The notes under the pieces were generated by a model. That model searched no databases. It worked only from the letters and a program-made list of their open reading frames with translations, and was not told where the DNA came from. From Amoebidium appalachense (Eukaryota; Protista; Ichthyosporea), in contig CAVNZM010000014.1 in assembly GCA_963693365.1 (NCBI GenBank), forward strand, positions 3,100,001-3,164,000: 64,000 bases of DNA, given 5' to 3'. Position numbers and translations under genes: made by a program. Positions 28,761 to 56,894 of this stretch are shown in pieces (positions within the stretch are counted from its first letter, which is position 1; every line of letters begins with the position of its first letter).

Positions 28761-28903
28761 ATTACGTTATATAAACAATATTCTGGGGAACATTTCGATC
28801 AGTTTTTTTCAGTCGTGAATTTCAGCCTCCAAGCATTTGCACCATCGATATCCACTTCCAACTTTTCAACTCAACAAAAATCCAGTTTCTGTAACGATCC
28901 AAA

Positions 28904-30147
28904 ATGCCGTCGCTTCTTTTTAAAGTCGAGATGCAGCTCATGAAGAAGGCGAAGCCCTTCTCCAAGCAGCAAAAGAAATTGCGCAAAGCCTCTCTGAGCG
29001 CCACCCAGCAGAGGCAGTACCTGCAGCGCCTCGGCTTCACCACCCAGCACATTGCGGCAATGCTGGCCGACGGGCCCACCCTCTCGTGGCTGAGGGTCAT
29101 CCAGCAGCGCCACCTGCTGGCCGTGCCCTTTGAGAACCTGGACATGCACAAGCATGCCGCAGCAGGCAAGGAGTACCCGTAAGTATCCTAAAATGTGTTT
29201 GCCTGTTATGTATGCAGTACATATGTAGAAGAATGATTGCGGCCCTAGGATATTGTGCTTCGAATTGCAGTGCATGCGTTGAATTCGTATTGGTGCTCTG
29301 CAAATGAACCTCAACACAAACTAACATGTGTAATGACTTTCATAACCGCAGGAAAATCCCCAAGAAGCGTGTGGCCGAAACCATCGAAGCAGCAGTCGAC
29401 AAGATCGCAAACCAACGCCGTGGTGGTGTGTGTTTCGAGATCACCCTCGCATTCACCGCACTCCTCCGCTCACTGGGATACAGTGTCCGCGTCACACTTG
29501 GGCAGGTGTTCACCAAGTTCGGCGCCTATACTCCATTTGCCACACACTTTGTGGCCATCGTCACACTCAGTGATGGCACCGGATACGTCGTAGACTGTGG
29601 GGCTGGCCAGCCTGTGCGTGAGCCCGTCCCCTTGCACGCCGGCTCAGTCGCTACGGACCACCGCCAGACACAATACACTGTGGCCGAAAACGTAAATATT
29701 TTCGAGCGGCCGGACGCCATGTTCTCTCACGTGCTCATGTATCGCCCGGGCCCCATCGACCGAGTCACCGAAGATGTGAATGCAGATTCAAACGGCACCA
29801 CCCCTGAGGTTGAACTGTTGCAGCCAAGGACAGACGGTGCACGGTACACACAGAAGGAGCTCACAGAAAAGGGGTTTCTTACGTGGTACAGATTCTATCC
29901 TAACGGTGATTTTGACTTGCTGTCCAGCGCATTTCACATGGGTGGCATGCTCATTCAGAACACCAACATGACGTGGTTCACACAATTTACGCTTGTTTCC
30001 CGCGTCACGGAAACAGGTGTGGTGGCTCTGACGTCAAAGCATCTGACCGTCACGACAGATGGAGTGGTGGTGAAGACAGCCATTGAGGGGGATGAGGAGT
30101 GGAGAAGGGCATTGGCCGAGAACTTTGGCATTGTGCTGCGAAACTAG
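28904..30147 (+). CDS. NAT: Arylamine N-acetyltransferase (copy 2)
   Basis: Exons 28904-29178 and 29352-30147; same triad motifs; near-identical to copy 1. Confidence 0.92.
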
Positions 30148-30687
30148 AGAGTGGTATAACAAATGCATCCATAGTAGTCTAAAGTACTAGACCCTGTATT
30201 GCTGTACTTTTATAGCATCCGCAAATTCATAGACGGCTTTCAATACTTCGTAGCTGAGCACGAACAGAATGGTACAGTCATTTGCATTTGCGAGAAAAGG
30301 GCTAATTATGAAAAAACTGTGCTACTATACCGGGAAAGTATCAGATATGCGAGACCCTTGACTTCAGCATTTGTGGAATAAAAAACCGTTCAAACTGTTC
30401 AACCATATCCGCCCCACCAACCTGTTCAGCACAGCCTGTGACGTAACTCTTTGTGAACTGATTGCACTTTCTGAAGAACAGTTCAGATATCGATCTGCTT
30501 TTGCAGAATAAACGTGCTTCTCGGATTTCCTGATTAATTCGGCCAAAAACAGAATAAATCCGCTATGCTTATAAGATGACTGAGCTATGCCCAAAAAAAC
30601 ATTTATGCTCAACTTGACAGCAGAATACATAATAGATCTAAAATATCTTTCTTCTCCCCCTTGATCCCCATTCCCCCCCACCCCCCT

Positions 30688-30720
<33 letters not shown>

Positions 30721-30774
30721 ATTTTTCTTTCTTTCTTTCTCTTTCTTTCTTTCTTTCTTTCTTTCTCTCTTCTT

Positions 30775-30852
<78 letters not shown>

Positions 30853-30873
30853 GTGGGGGGGGGGGGGGGGGGG

Positions 30874-31110
30874 TTTGAATGCGTCAAAAAGTACGAAGTA
30901 CACAAGAACAAACGGATAACACGATGCAGAATGCAAGCCATACATAAAGAGTATGCATAATAAGCAGAGCCCATCCTCAGGGGGGGCCCACGTCATCCAC
31001 AGTACCCGAGTTTCGACCTATTCCCCTCGTTAACGAAACCCAACTCAGATACTGTTTCACTTGAACATGAGTAGGTCACCCGTCTTGATCAGAGACGAGC
31101 AGGGTTGCTT
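30874..31110 (-). mobile_element. Family X copy, 5'-truncated
   Basis: Reverse complement of 5148-5383 with few substitutions; abuts a G-run (C-run in element orientation). Confidence 0.85.
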
Positions 31111-31811
31111 GGGAGCATGTTCTTTGCATGCAACTACACGTTCATTTAGTCAGGTACTACCTGTATGAAGTGCCGAGGGAAGGCTCTGATATATTCGGGG
31201 CCCAATTGATTCCACAAAAAAAAAACAAAAAAAAAAAAAAAAACGCATTTCTCCTTTTTTATTGGCCGTTGTCGACACGAAAAATGACTAAACACGGCGT
31301 AGCTTTTACATGGCTGCGTAATAGCAACTCATCGGTCCCTCATGCTACCATATTCTATTTGGCTCCTCCGATCGAACCGGTTCAACCGGATTTGACCTGG
31401 AAAAAAATAAACGGCCGCGAACATTAACATTATTGGCCTTTCTCCCCTGAAAGTAATTGTGGGAAGGGAAAAGGACACAGGCTGGCAAACTCATTCATTA
31501 GCTGACAACCTAATAGTAAACGAAGAAGGAATGCAAGAACCGTGTGCTAAAATGCCTACCCATACTGCAATACATGTGGCGTATCCGCAGACTGATCGGT
31601 CAGAAAGATAAACTTAGAAAACATGTATCTAGATATAGAAGTTATCTCTCTAAATGGCCATATGCTCCTGCTTCCCCCCCCCTCCCCCCCCCCTCCCCCC
31701 CTCCCCCCTCCCCCCCCCCCCCCCCCCCCCACGTGTTCCCGGACACACACTGCACCAATCACAAACCACACAAAACCATATGCATAAGTGTAGCCTAAAT
31801 ACCTAAAATGC

Positions 31812-46530
<14,719 letters not shown>

Positions 46531-47895
46531 TTTCTCGGTTCTGATAGCGGCAATATAAACCTGGACTCGTGTGTGGTTCTGGTAGCACTAACGCTTTTTT
46601 CGGTTCGGTTCCGAGAGGTATTCGTTCCTCGCGTTTTCAAAAAGGCAGAAATTGTTTTTACGTGAGTGACCCTTGGTTTTAGCTTATATTCCTCATACTA
46701 CTCAAATGTTAGGGTATTGTTTGCGAGCTGTGGTGGTTGTGTTCTTTGTGGTGCCCCATCCAGCTGAGACCTGCGTCTGCCCGCCAAAACAATAGCTAAA
46801 TATAGTTCTAGGAAAACCTCTACAATTGGTAAGAAAAGTTTTGGCGCGAGCATTTAGCCAATCGATCACCGCTGATTACACCACCACTGAACCCTGAACA
46901 CCACTGCAGCGACTGCACCAGAGTCCGCTCCGGATCCGGGAGGGACCCTTCGACACAATTGCCCTGATGCCTGAATTGTGTACATAGAATGCTATTTGCA
47001 TTTTTGTACCTTTCAATGATAAAGCCCTGTATTTTTATATGAAAATAAAAAGTGAAGCACAGAAACCTGAAGAGGGAAGACACACGGCTGGCGGTCTAAG
47101 TGAGAAAGACAAAGGAGGGCAAGACCGGCGATAAGGCCTATTCGAGAATTTTGGAGCTAGACAAGGAGAAGTTCATGTAGAGAGGTGGAGTGCAATTGTG
47201 GTGTGACAGAAGGGAGGAAAGAGTGTGTGCGTGTTTCTTTGATTAGTAGTGTGTGTGTGTTTGAGGTGTGCATGTGTATTTGTTTGTTTTCTTTCTTTCT
47301 TTTCCTTTTCCTTTTTTTATAGGGGGGGGGGGGGGGGGGGGGGAGGGGGGATGGAAGTATAGAGTTTTGGAGAGGAAGGATCTCAGACCAAACAGGCAAA
47401 CTGGAAAAAGGACCCCTGAGGCAGGAGCCAGAACTCAATACAACCATCACGACGTCATTCCTTTTTCCACCTATACTCAGTCGGTTTCTGTGCATGAGCT
47501 TCAGTTCGCCCGTGGCTACGAAAACAGAATCGAGCCCATAATCCATAGGTCGGAGGGTAGAGGGACTTGCTCCTTGTACAACGAATATGGGCGAGCACAA
47601 TACCTGGACCCTGCTCAACTGACTTTTTTTTCCTATTGTTGTGGTGTATTCCGTTATTCTAGTGCCGAGTGTGGCTTAGGGCTGGTGCGTTGGATCTTGT
47701 CTGCTACTTTAAGTTTTCTCGCTCTGCTGAAGCTGCATTGCTGCAAAATCTCTGGTCTAAGGAAACATTCGGAATTGAAGCAAAACCAAAAGGAACTTTC
47801 TGCTTACATGCATGGAAAGGAATTAAGCAGATGTGCACCAACAAATAAGGGTTTTGCTGGACTGGGGGATTCCAATGCTTGCGAACAGGCAGGGG

Positions 47896-47930
<35 letters not shown>

Positions 47931-48431
47931 CTTGGCCCGTGTGTATATATCGTCCGAAGTTTTCACTCCACTACACCTGTGTGGCATTTTTACTTGCTCA
48001 TTTACCCAAGGACAAGCTACAAAAAAGTCAAAAAAGTCTAAGCGTACTTTTTTCAACTTAATACACACAGTCAAGCACATGTTATGCAACTTACAGCAGG
48101 ACAAACAAGTGTTAGAGTTAGTGTATATGGACACGACAAAAAACTATATATGATAAGTGTTCGACTTAGCTAACTCTCCTACCGTTTTCTACAACTGTGT
48201 GTTTGCACGTGCACCCGTGCCCCCCTTTGATAATCGTATTTACCACTTCATGCTCTGGGTCTTAGTTCGGATATTTCCATCTAAGTTTACAGCCAAACTA
48301 AATATTCCGCTTCGCTTAGGTTTCACAGCTCAGTGGCTGCTAGAGTCTATGTGATTTACAGAACGCTAATGTTAATACTACACATAACAAATCGAACTAC
48401 CATCGGATCAAGTATATGTTATGTAAGGTTT

Positions 48432-49205
48432 TTAGAATTCATCGTCAGAAAGTTCGTCCTGAAGCCGTACACGCCAGTCACCCTCGTCATCTTCGTCGTC
48501 CGTATCGTTGCCCCCGCTCCCAACACCCACATACTGAAGCAGAGATTCCTCCCTAGTGCGCAAAGGCGCATTCCCCTTGGTAAGAATACCCAACACAGCT
48601 ACAAATATCCCAACTAACGCCACACAGCCAACACCAATACCCCAAAAGACCATAAACTTGGGTCTTTCCTTTTTCGCGCCGACCTGTGTACCTTGCACCA
48701 CTTCGTGTTGATTTTCGTTGGCTGTGGGCTGCTCCTCCATATCGGGCAGGCACATCTTCATGTCAGTCTGGACAAAACTGACATGTTCCTCGCACGAAGC
48801 TATCTCCATCTGACAACGGCTCTGGAAAGTGCGTGGTGCAGCCTTCTCTCTTTCCTCCACAAGGTAGCACATCGGTTGATACTGGCTGGTCTCCAAGTCG
48901 CACACAGATGCGCACTTGCCAGTCTCGCTCTCTGCCACCACGTAGCCCTGTGCTTCGCATGTTCCTGGCCTTGCAACGAGAATCTGCTTGTTTGCTTTGC
49001 AGGCCGCTGCCTTCATGCTGCAGTCGTTGGGGTAGGTCACGCCATCCGTGCCGCACACGGGCTCGTAGATGCTTGGGCACACCGTGTAGCACCCTTCATG
49101 TGTGAAATACGATGTTTTCAGTTCTAGGGCTCGGAAAAAGAGACTACAATGAGATGTAGTGTTTCTACCTCTTTGCACACAGCTCATCTGTGCTCTTCTA
49201 AGCAC
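48432..49205 (-). CDS. Membrane protein with two Kazal-type domains (main exon; 5' exon structure around 49290-49565 uncertain)
   Basis: CPSIYEPVCGTDGVTYPNDCSMKAAAC..PGTC is a canonical Kazal motif. A second, degenerate Kazal follows (YQPMC..TFQSRCQMEIASC), then TM helix FMVFWGIGVGCVALVGIFVAVLGIL and an acidic cytoplasmic tail. Confidence 0.8.
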   Translation of the reverse strand: MLRRAQMSCVQRGRNTTSHCSLFFRALELKTSYFTHEGCYTVCPSIYEPVCGTDGVTYPNDCSMKAAACKANKQILVARPGTCEAQGYVVAESETGKCASVCDLETSQYQPMCYLVEEREKAAPRTFQSRCQMEIASCEEHVSFVQTDMKMCLPDMEEQPTANENQHEVVQGTQVGAKKERPKFMVFWGIGVGCVALVGIFVAVLGILTKGNAPLRTREESLLQYVGVGSGGNDTDDEDDEGDWRVRLQDELSDDEF

Positions 49206-49243
49206 TTGAATTTAAGCACATGCCGACGGCTCAACACGCACAC

Positions 49244-49282
<39 letters not shown>

Positions 49283-50237
49283 CACCTACCCATTCAAGAA
49301 GACACATCACAAAACACACAAGCACCACACACGCACACACAGGCAAATTAAGCAGGAGGTCCTTTCTCACCCGCTTCTGTTCACAACATGCACACAAAAA
49401 TACAGGTCGGCCAAACGCAAAATAGCGTGATACAGTTATATGTAAAAAAAATTCGGTTATAAGATTCGAAGGTCTGACAAACCTTTTGCTGGGTCGTATG
49501 GTGTCGGAGGAACAGGAATGTAGTCCATGGGCTGACCGGTAGCGTCCTCTCTGGGGAAAACATGTGCACCGCGGCCCGGTGCACACAAGCACAGGTAGGC
49601 CAAAGCTAATAGAAGCGTCATTATCGAAGAACACTATAAATTTGCCTTCCTTTCTTTCTGAACGTCACTGATAGAATAAAAATGGAGAGGGAGAGCTAAA
49701 CAACAAAGCTTAACGTGGTTTCCTTTGTGTAGTTGCTCGACAAACCCTACCTACGTCCCTCCAAGAAAATTCGCTCTACTGCCCCAACAGCCCTTTGTTT
49801 AGCGTCTGAGCTTATTACCTTTACCTATTTTTTTATTATTCATCTGATGTTTGCTTCACATCTTTCATAGCCGGATACAGAGAGCACAGGGCCAGTCCGC
49901 CTCTTTTCCTTCTGCAGACACTGGTTGCTGTGATGCGTGTGACTGGAACCAGTGCCAATATCGTCGTAGTCTAGAAGAAGCTTTTCGGTGGTATATATTC
50001 CGGTAAAAAAGGCAACATGTTATAAAAATAGGGGTCCAATTGAATAGACGGTCTAAGTTCAAACCTGCAAAAGCTCCAATATTTTACTATTTAGGGTTTA
50101 TTGAAATTGTTTTTACAAATTTTCTGGTAGGTGGTTAGCGAGTGAGCCACTTGTAGCCGATGATTGGCTACCCGCGCATCAAAGTCCAAAAAAAACTACC
50201 GTACACAGCGGAAGGCCTCCACTCCACTGTATTTGTA

Positions 50238-50835
50238 CTCTGACGGGCCTGGAAACGTATGCGTCACGATCTGAAGGTGAATTCTGGGCCAGGCTGCGCT
50301 GATTCCAGCCTGTTCCGAAAATAGCATCAAAAATGAGAGGCGGCAGAGGCCTGTTCCGCAAAAAAAAACAGGCTGGTTTTGGCGGGCAAATTGACCAATC
50401 GCGTAGTTCGTAGCTGTGCGGTTGTTCACGTTTTCTCCCCTTTACCTTTTTGTGTAAGCAAGACTTTGGTCGAGTGCCACGGGCGCTTGTTACAATGCTT
50501 AGGACAAACTGGTGTAACAACGTTGATTCTCTAACGCTGTTCAGCCACAATATAAGCTTTGATAATGGGTCACATAGATGCCTCATAAGTGTAGTGTCTG
50601 CGGTTACCGATCCAACCATGCATGCCTGCATGCAGCTGTGAGTTTCGTGCAGGAAATGCACCTGTGCCCATGTACAAAGATCAGGAACTTCTGAGCAGAC
50701 ATGTGCAAAGATGGTGTCGGATTATATATACACCAAAAAAGGGCTTTTCAACGTGCAGCGGTGGCGGCGGCGGGGGGGTAGGGGGGGAATAGTTGGAAGC
50801 AAAGCAAACCCGCTGCCCCCACCCCCTCCTGCCAT

Positions 50836-50872
<37 letters not shown>

Positions 50873-51758
50873 ATCCACCGCCTCCTCGAAAAGTCCCTCC
50901 CCCCCACCTTTTATTTCCCCCCTTTATCCTCAACTTTCATAACTAACAGTGTTGGTCGCCAATCCCCCGGTCATCAATGGTCGTGAATTGTCCCTCTTCG
51001 TCGGCTCTATTCAATACTAGTACTCAGACTCGCCTCTCCCATTCTCTCCTTCCTCTCCCACCAAGTCCTTCTGTAAGTACTTGTGCCGAACAACGTTTAT
51101 GTCTCTTTCTAAGGAAGCTTCCGCATGCTTAGTGTGTGTATATGTGCGTGTGTCTCTGTGTCTGTGTGAGTGTGTATGTGTGTGCTTGCTGTGGGTGTGT
51201 GGGCGGCAGGCACGGGGTGCGTACTTGTCACCGTGGCAGTATTAGCTGTGTTAGTGTGTGCCGATGGTGGTGGTTGCGTGTAGTCGATGTTGTGTAAGTG
51301 CTTGTAGGTGCGCACCTCTTCATCTCTTCTCCCCAACTACCAGCTTCTTCTCTTCAACATAGTTGTACAATAGTCGTACAAGTTCTTATGTTAAGTGAAA
51401 AAGTTCTTATGTTAAGGGTTTTGGGTTACTCCATGGTGCTCTTTGTGTGCGCGCGCGTGTGTGTACTTGTGCGCGCGCGCGTGTGTGTATGTCAGGCCGT
51501 GTGCGTCCACGTGCACGCGTGTGCTGCGAGTCACAGTGGGCGTGTGACTTGTGTGCCTCAGTGTTTTTGTTGCGTGCGTCCAAAGTAGCGTGTGGTCGGT
51601 GCTGTCACTTGGTGCCGGAGCGTTTATGTAACTTAGGGTGCCTATACCACGGGCTGTGTACTGTCTCTCCCCTGACTATTTTTTAGGTTCCAGAGTGAGA
51701 GCGTGGGCATACGTGTTTGTATGTGTATATGCACGTGAGACTGTGTGCGCCAGTGCCG

Positions 51759-51790
<32 letters not shown>

Positions 51791-52081
51791 AGTAACAACA
51801 ACGTTCACCATCTAACCGGCCGGGCCCCGGTTGGCACGTATGTAACCACACCAGCTCCACGGCCAATATGTGTGTGTGGTGTATGTGTGTGTGTATGTGT
51901 GTGCAATATTACGAAAATATAACCGTTATAACTTGTTTATATGTATAACGATGTTTTTCTGTCACAGCGCTTAGTAGCCTAACCGGCAGCTTCAATTTGA
52001 CTTGGATCGAATCTTAGTCCAACCCAGCCGGTTCCTTTTTGCGTTCCGATCTGCACTCCTCCGTTTCCAGGCCCGTCAGAG
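50238..52081. mobile_element. Non-autonomous TIR element with TA target-site duplication (Tc1/mariner-type ends)
   Basis: TA|CTCTGACGGGCCTGGAAACG ... CGTTTCCAGGCCCGTCAGAG|TA: perfect 20-bp inverted repeats; no transposase recognised inside. Confidence 0.7.
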
Positions 52082-52375
52082 TAGGACGCCTTGACACAGC
52101 GTCAGCTACGTATACGCATACCAGGGCGCATGGCTGCGGTTGTTCCAAAACGTTTCTTAGGTTGAATGGTGTCATTGATGTTGGAACAGAGAAACAACCA
52201 CACGTGCGCACATGCACGCCCACGCCCACAGGCGCACACATGGAAACACACACACAAGCAACACACACACACACGTACACACACATACACAAACACACAA
52301 CACACGCAAGCACGCATGCACCCAACACGCCCGCACGTACGCATGGCACACATCCGCATAAACACACATATACAT

Positions 52376-52425
<50 letters not shown>

Positions 52426-53390
52426 CCAATACGCACACGCGCATGCAGGTACACAGTCTTTAACACACGCATTCGACCAAAAGGCCATCTACAAGGTGCA
52501 CATCTGGTGGCCCTATTACACGGCCATCTAGAAACACCTGTGGCCGTGCCCTATTATTAGCACTAATTAATAAACCAATCGGAGGCTGATGTCAGTTTCA
52601 ATTAGATGTCGCATGACGAATACAAAACCACCCTTGTCGACAATTGCGATTGCACAAGGGGGACACCCATCCTCCTTTCCCCGAATTCTCGTTTACAGGT
52701 GTGCAATCCTTGTCTTTTCGCTTCCCTTTTCTCTGTTTTTCTTATCTGTAATCAGTAATCTCGAAACCACCGTTGCATCTGTCCTTCGCTGCATTAATCT
52801 TTTTTTCGCCGGACTCTTTCCTTGAAGGATCTGCAATCTCGTTGAGATCTTCCTGCTTTTCTTACTTCACCACGTCGATGGTCCTTCTTTTCCGCTCACA
52901 AACCCAGCCTCTTTTTGACCGCTCTTCCAACCTGTGTGACCCTGCCTTTTCATACGTTATTCTTGCCCCGTCCCCCCCCCCCCCCCCCCAACCACCACCA
53001 CCCACTCACCCAACCCCCCCCCCCCTCCACCTCCCCCTCCCCCTCACCCCTCCTATTTCCGCCCTTTAGGGCTCCCCCTTCCCCCGCTCGCCCGCTTCCT
53101 ACCCTTTCGCCCCCCAACCTATCCCCCCCCCCCCCCCCCCCCCCTCACCCCCTCCACCCCCTCCCCCCCCCTCCCCCCTCTCCCCCCGCCCCCCTTCCGT
53201 CACTGCCAGATCTCATGGCTCCTTTTTGGCCGCCCTTCAGCCCCCCCTCGCCTCCCCCCCCCCCCCCCCCCCCTCACGCCCCCACCCCCCACCCCCAACC
53301 CAACCCCGGCCCCGGCCCATCCCACGCTCCCCTCCTTCTTTAGTAACCACGCCCTTGCCCTGCAGATCATAGCGCTGTCACAGTGTCAGA

Positions 53391-54168
53391 ATGGATCCTC
53401 CAACAAGCACCCTTGCACCTCCCACTGTGCTCCATCCCCTTGCCCATGTTCCCTGTCGTGTGGTGTTCCGTCGTGCGACAGCCACCGATTATGACACATG
53501 CTTTCGCTTCGAAAAGTGTTACATGGAGAATGTGGAGCCCGCAAACCTAAAGAAATGGGAGGAGGGAAACTGCTATAGACGGCAGTATGATGGCGACATG
53601 ATGCGCGGGAACAGAACTTTTGTGCTTGAGTTGGTGACTAAAGGCGGCGGTGAAGGAGGGGAGGAGGTCAAAAGGGAAGCGGTGGGATACTATTGGTGGG
53701 TGCCGGAGGAGGGCGTGGCCTTGCTGTGTAGCATTGTGGTGGATCCTAGAATGAGGTTAGTGGATGGTTAGTTGGGTGCCAGTCGGTTGTGGCCTTAAAT
53801 GACATTAGTGTGTTGCTTTTTCCTGTGAATCCCCCCCCCCCCCTCCCCCCCCCCCCTCCCCTTTCCCCCCTCTCCTCCCCCTCCCCGCCCCTCCCCTCCC
53901 CCCAGCCCCCCAACCCTTTCTACCCATCCCTATTACTCACAACGGCTCTTTCCCCTTTTCAACCACAACACACACACATACAGACACACACACACACACA
54001 CACACACAGGCACTCATGTGGCACACACAGAAAACTGTGCACACACACGCACATGCAAACACCGATTACCACCGCCGACGAGGCGATTTTCACTGATTAA
54101 GCCCAATGAAGGTCTGGCGCCAATTGGTAGCCACACGCGTTTTTTGTCTCCGGTCAAGCCACAGAACA

Positions 54169-54200
<32 letters not shown>

Positions 54201-55001
54201 AGGTCGTCAAAAAAAAAAAAAAAAAAAAAAAAAACCCACACACCCACACACCCACCCACACACACACCTCAATCCCTCTTTCTTCTCTATTTAATTTATC
54301 TCCATCTTCCCTCCCCCGCCCTTCTCCCCCCCTCCTGCCCCCCTCCCACCCTCCCCCTCAGATTATGTTGCACAATATGTGTGCACGTCCATTTTTTTCA
54401 TGTTTTTTTGCAAGTCAGCATTACCATTCTAACTGTAAATTTAAATGTATACTGCATTCTAACCCCCCCCCCCCCCCCCCCCACCTCTCCCTCTCCCCCT
54501 TCCCCTCCACTCCCCTTGTTTTCCCTCCCTCGCTCTCACTCACCCCCCCCCCCCCCCCCCCCTCCCCCCTTCCCCCCCTCCCCCCTCCCCCCCCCCCCCC
54601 CCCCCCCCCGCCCCCCCGGCCCCGGCCCCGCCGAACCCCCTCCCTCTGCCTTGTCCCTCCTCTCCGGCCTCTGCTTTTCCACCTCTCTCTCTCTCGCTTT
54701 TGTTGCCCTCCCCCCCCCCCCCTCCCCCCGCCCGCCCGCCCCTCCTCCTCCCTCTCCCTTTCCGCCTCTTCCCCTCAAACATACGCACATGCCAACCCAT
54801 CACAGAAACCTCGGGCTTGGCAGGGCCATCATCTCACACTTTGAATCACAAGCACGGCTGGAGGGGATAACCACAGCTACGTTTGGGTGCCAGCAGGAAG
54901 ATGTGGCGGCTGCAACCTTGTATAAGAGGTGTGGATATGTGCAGTGTGGACTGTTTCCTACCTACGGCATCGTGTACAGGAATTTCACAAAGGCGCTGTA
55001 A
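53391..55001 (+). CDS. GNAT-family N-acetyltransferase
   Basis: Exons 53391-53755 and 54806-55001 join to give LCSIVVDPRMRNLGLGRAI (acetyl-CoA motif A) and AATLYKRCGY (motif B). Confidence 0.85.
54355..54462 (+). mobile_element. Possible highly diverged family X 3' fragment in GNAT intron
   Basis: Similar length between C-runs, tgcaca...tgtatac closing stem, ends tgcattctaa(C)n. Confidence 0.35.
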
Positions 55002-55357
55002 GGGGTTTAGGGGGTGTATGATACGGATAGGGTGTGTATGTGTTTGTTGTTGTGTGTTCAGCGCCGTTGATCAAAAACATCCTGGGCTTGTTGCTGCGCG
55101 CACGCGGAGCATATTGCCTGTGTTAGCGGGCCAATTTTGCCGTCATGCATGAAGGGAATAAGTCATCGTGTTCACTGCTTTTTTTTTTTTTTTTTTTTTT
55201 TTGGGGGGAGGGGGGGGGGGGCAAGGGCAGGAAAGTTGCGCACTGTAACATTAATTGCATGATGTACGCGGCAGTTTCCAATATTGCAAATAATATTAAT
55301 TTGTGGAAAGCGCAAAGAAGATAAAGCCAATGAAAATAAGCGCAAAACGAAAGGGGG

Positions 55358-55389
<32 letters not shown>

Positions 55390-55706
55390 ACGAGCTTTGA
55401 ACTCAAGAATATACATGTCTGATGTGGCCATGAGGATTGTGGGAGGAGATGAGCGGTGATCAATTGGCGTATGTGAACGGTTGCTCGGAGGAAAGGAAGG
55501 CTTGAGGAAAGAGGGGGAGGGGGGTGGGGGGCGGTGGGGACTGTACAGGAACATGAGGGAAAGGGGGTGGAGAGCGGCGGGAGGCCCTAGGGGTGTATAT
55601 GGGAATTTAGTAAGGTCGAGGACCACACCGGCCCATTAATAAAGAACTCAAAGCAAACTCAACCTGTGGCTGCTACGGGCCGTGTGTCCCTCCCCCCCCT
55701 CCCCCC

Positions 55707-55749
<43 letters not shown>

Positions 55750-55806
55750 ACAACACCCCATCCCCTCACGCGCGCACACATGCATATGCACACACACACA
55801 CACTGC

Positions 55807-55910
<104 letters not shown>

Positions 55911-56372
55911 AACACAAACATAACACCACATCCCCTCTCCCTTTCCTGTCTCTCCCGTCCTCTGCCTTCCTTTTTCCTTTCCATCGACCCTGGCCAGTAC
56001 CCACACATGTACACACACGATCACACTGGGATTACCCTTTCCACAATGCCGTCACCGGCAAGTACTATGAAGTGTACCGAGTCACGGCAATTTCATAATA
56101 TCATATTCACCACAAATTCCACATATTGGTATTAATTTTTCCGCCTTGTGAATAATTTCCACCATTTGCACCCTCCGCTACAGTACACCCACTCGATCGA
56201 GCTTGGAGACCCACTTTCCACCTTGTCTTTTATTTTCCTTTCCTTTTTCTTTTCTTTTCTTTCTTTTTTTTTGGGGGGGAGGGGGGGAGGGGGGGGGGGG
56301 GGGGGTTGTTTTTTGGGTTGATTGGTTGCTGGGGGGTTGTTTTTTTTTGGTTGGTTGGTTGGTTGGAGGGAA

Positions 56373-56422
<50 letters not shown>

Positions 56423-56894
56423 AAAGAGAGGTAACACGTGAAGGGGACGAATGAGGGCTTTGAGAAACCTCAGTTCAACTTAGCGAAATGAATGAAACCG
56501 GCGGGGAGCGGCGAGGCTGGAGGGGGGGAGGGGGGAGGGGGGGATCAATCAATTGAAAAAAGTTTATTGGTGGAATCACTTGAAGCTGGCTACACCGTGA
56601 GACCAATAAACACCTTTGTTCCTTAGAAAATAAAAACATTCTTTGTTACCTATACAACGAAAGGCCAGCACACAAAAAACACATTAGGCATAACAAGCGG
56701 CCAGTACATACAAACCGTTTACATCGAAGGGTTTCCTTAAAAATACAAAAAAAATCAATCACTTCACTCTTCCGCTGCTAAAGACAATTGTCGATACAAT
56801 GCTCCAAACATTCATTCTTCGCGCAACTGACACACACATCACATAATCCAACTATGTTTAAAACTCTTTAAATTTTGATTCTAATGATAAACTT

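Noticed and set aside
47268-48041. 257-aa ORF divergent from POLA2
   Set aside because: No recognisable motif, a non-ATG start, and partly built from G-runs.
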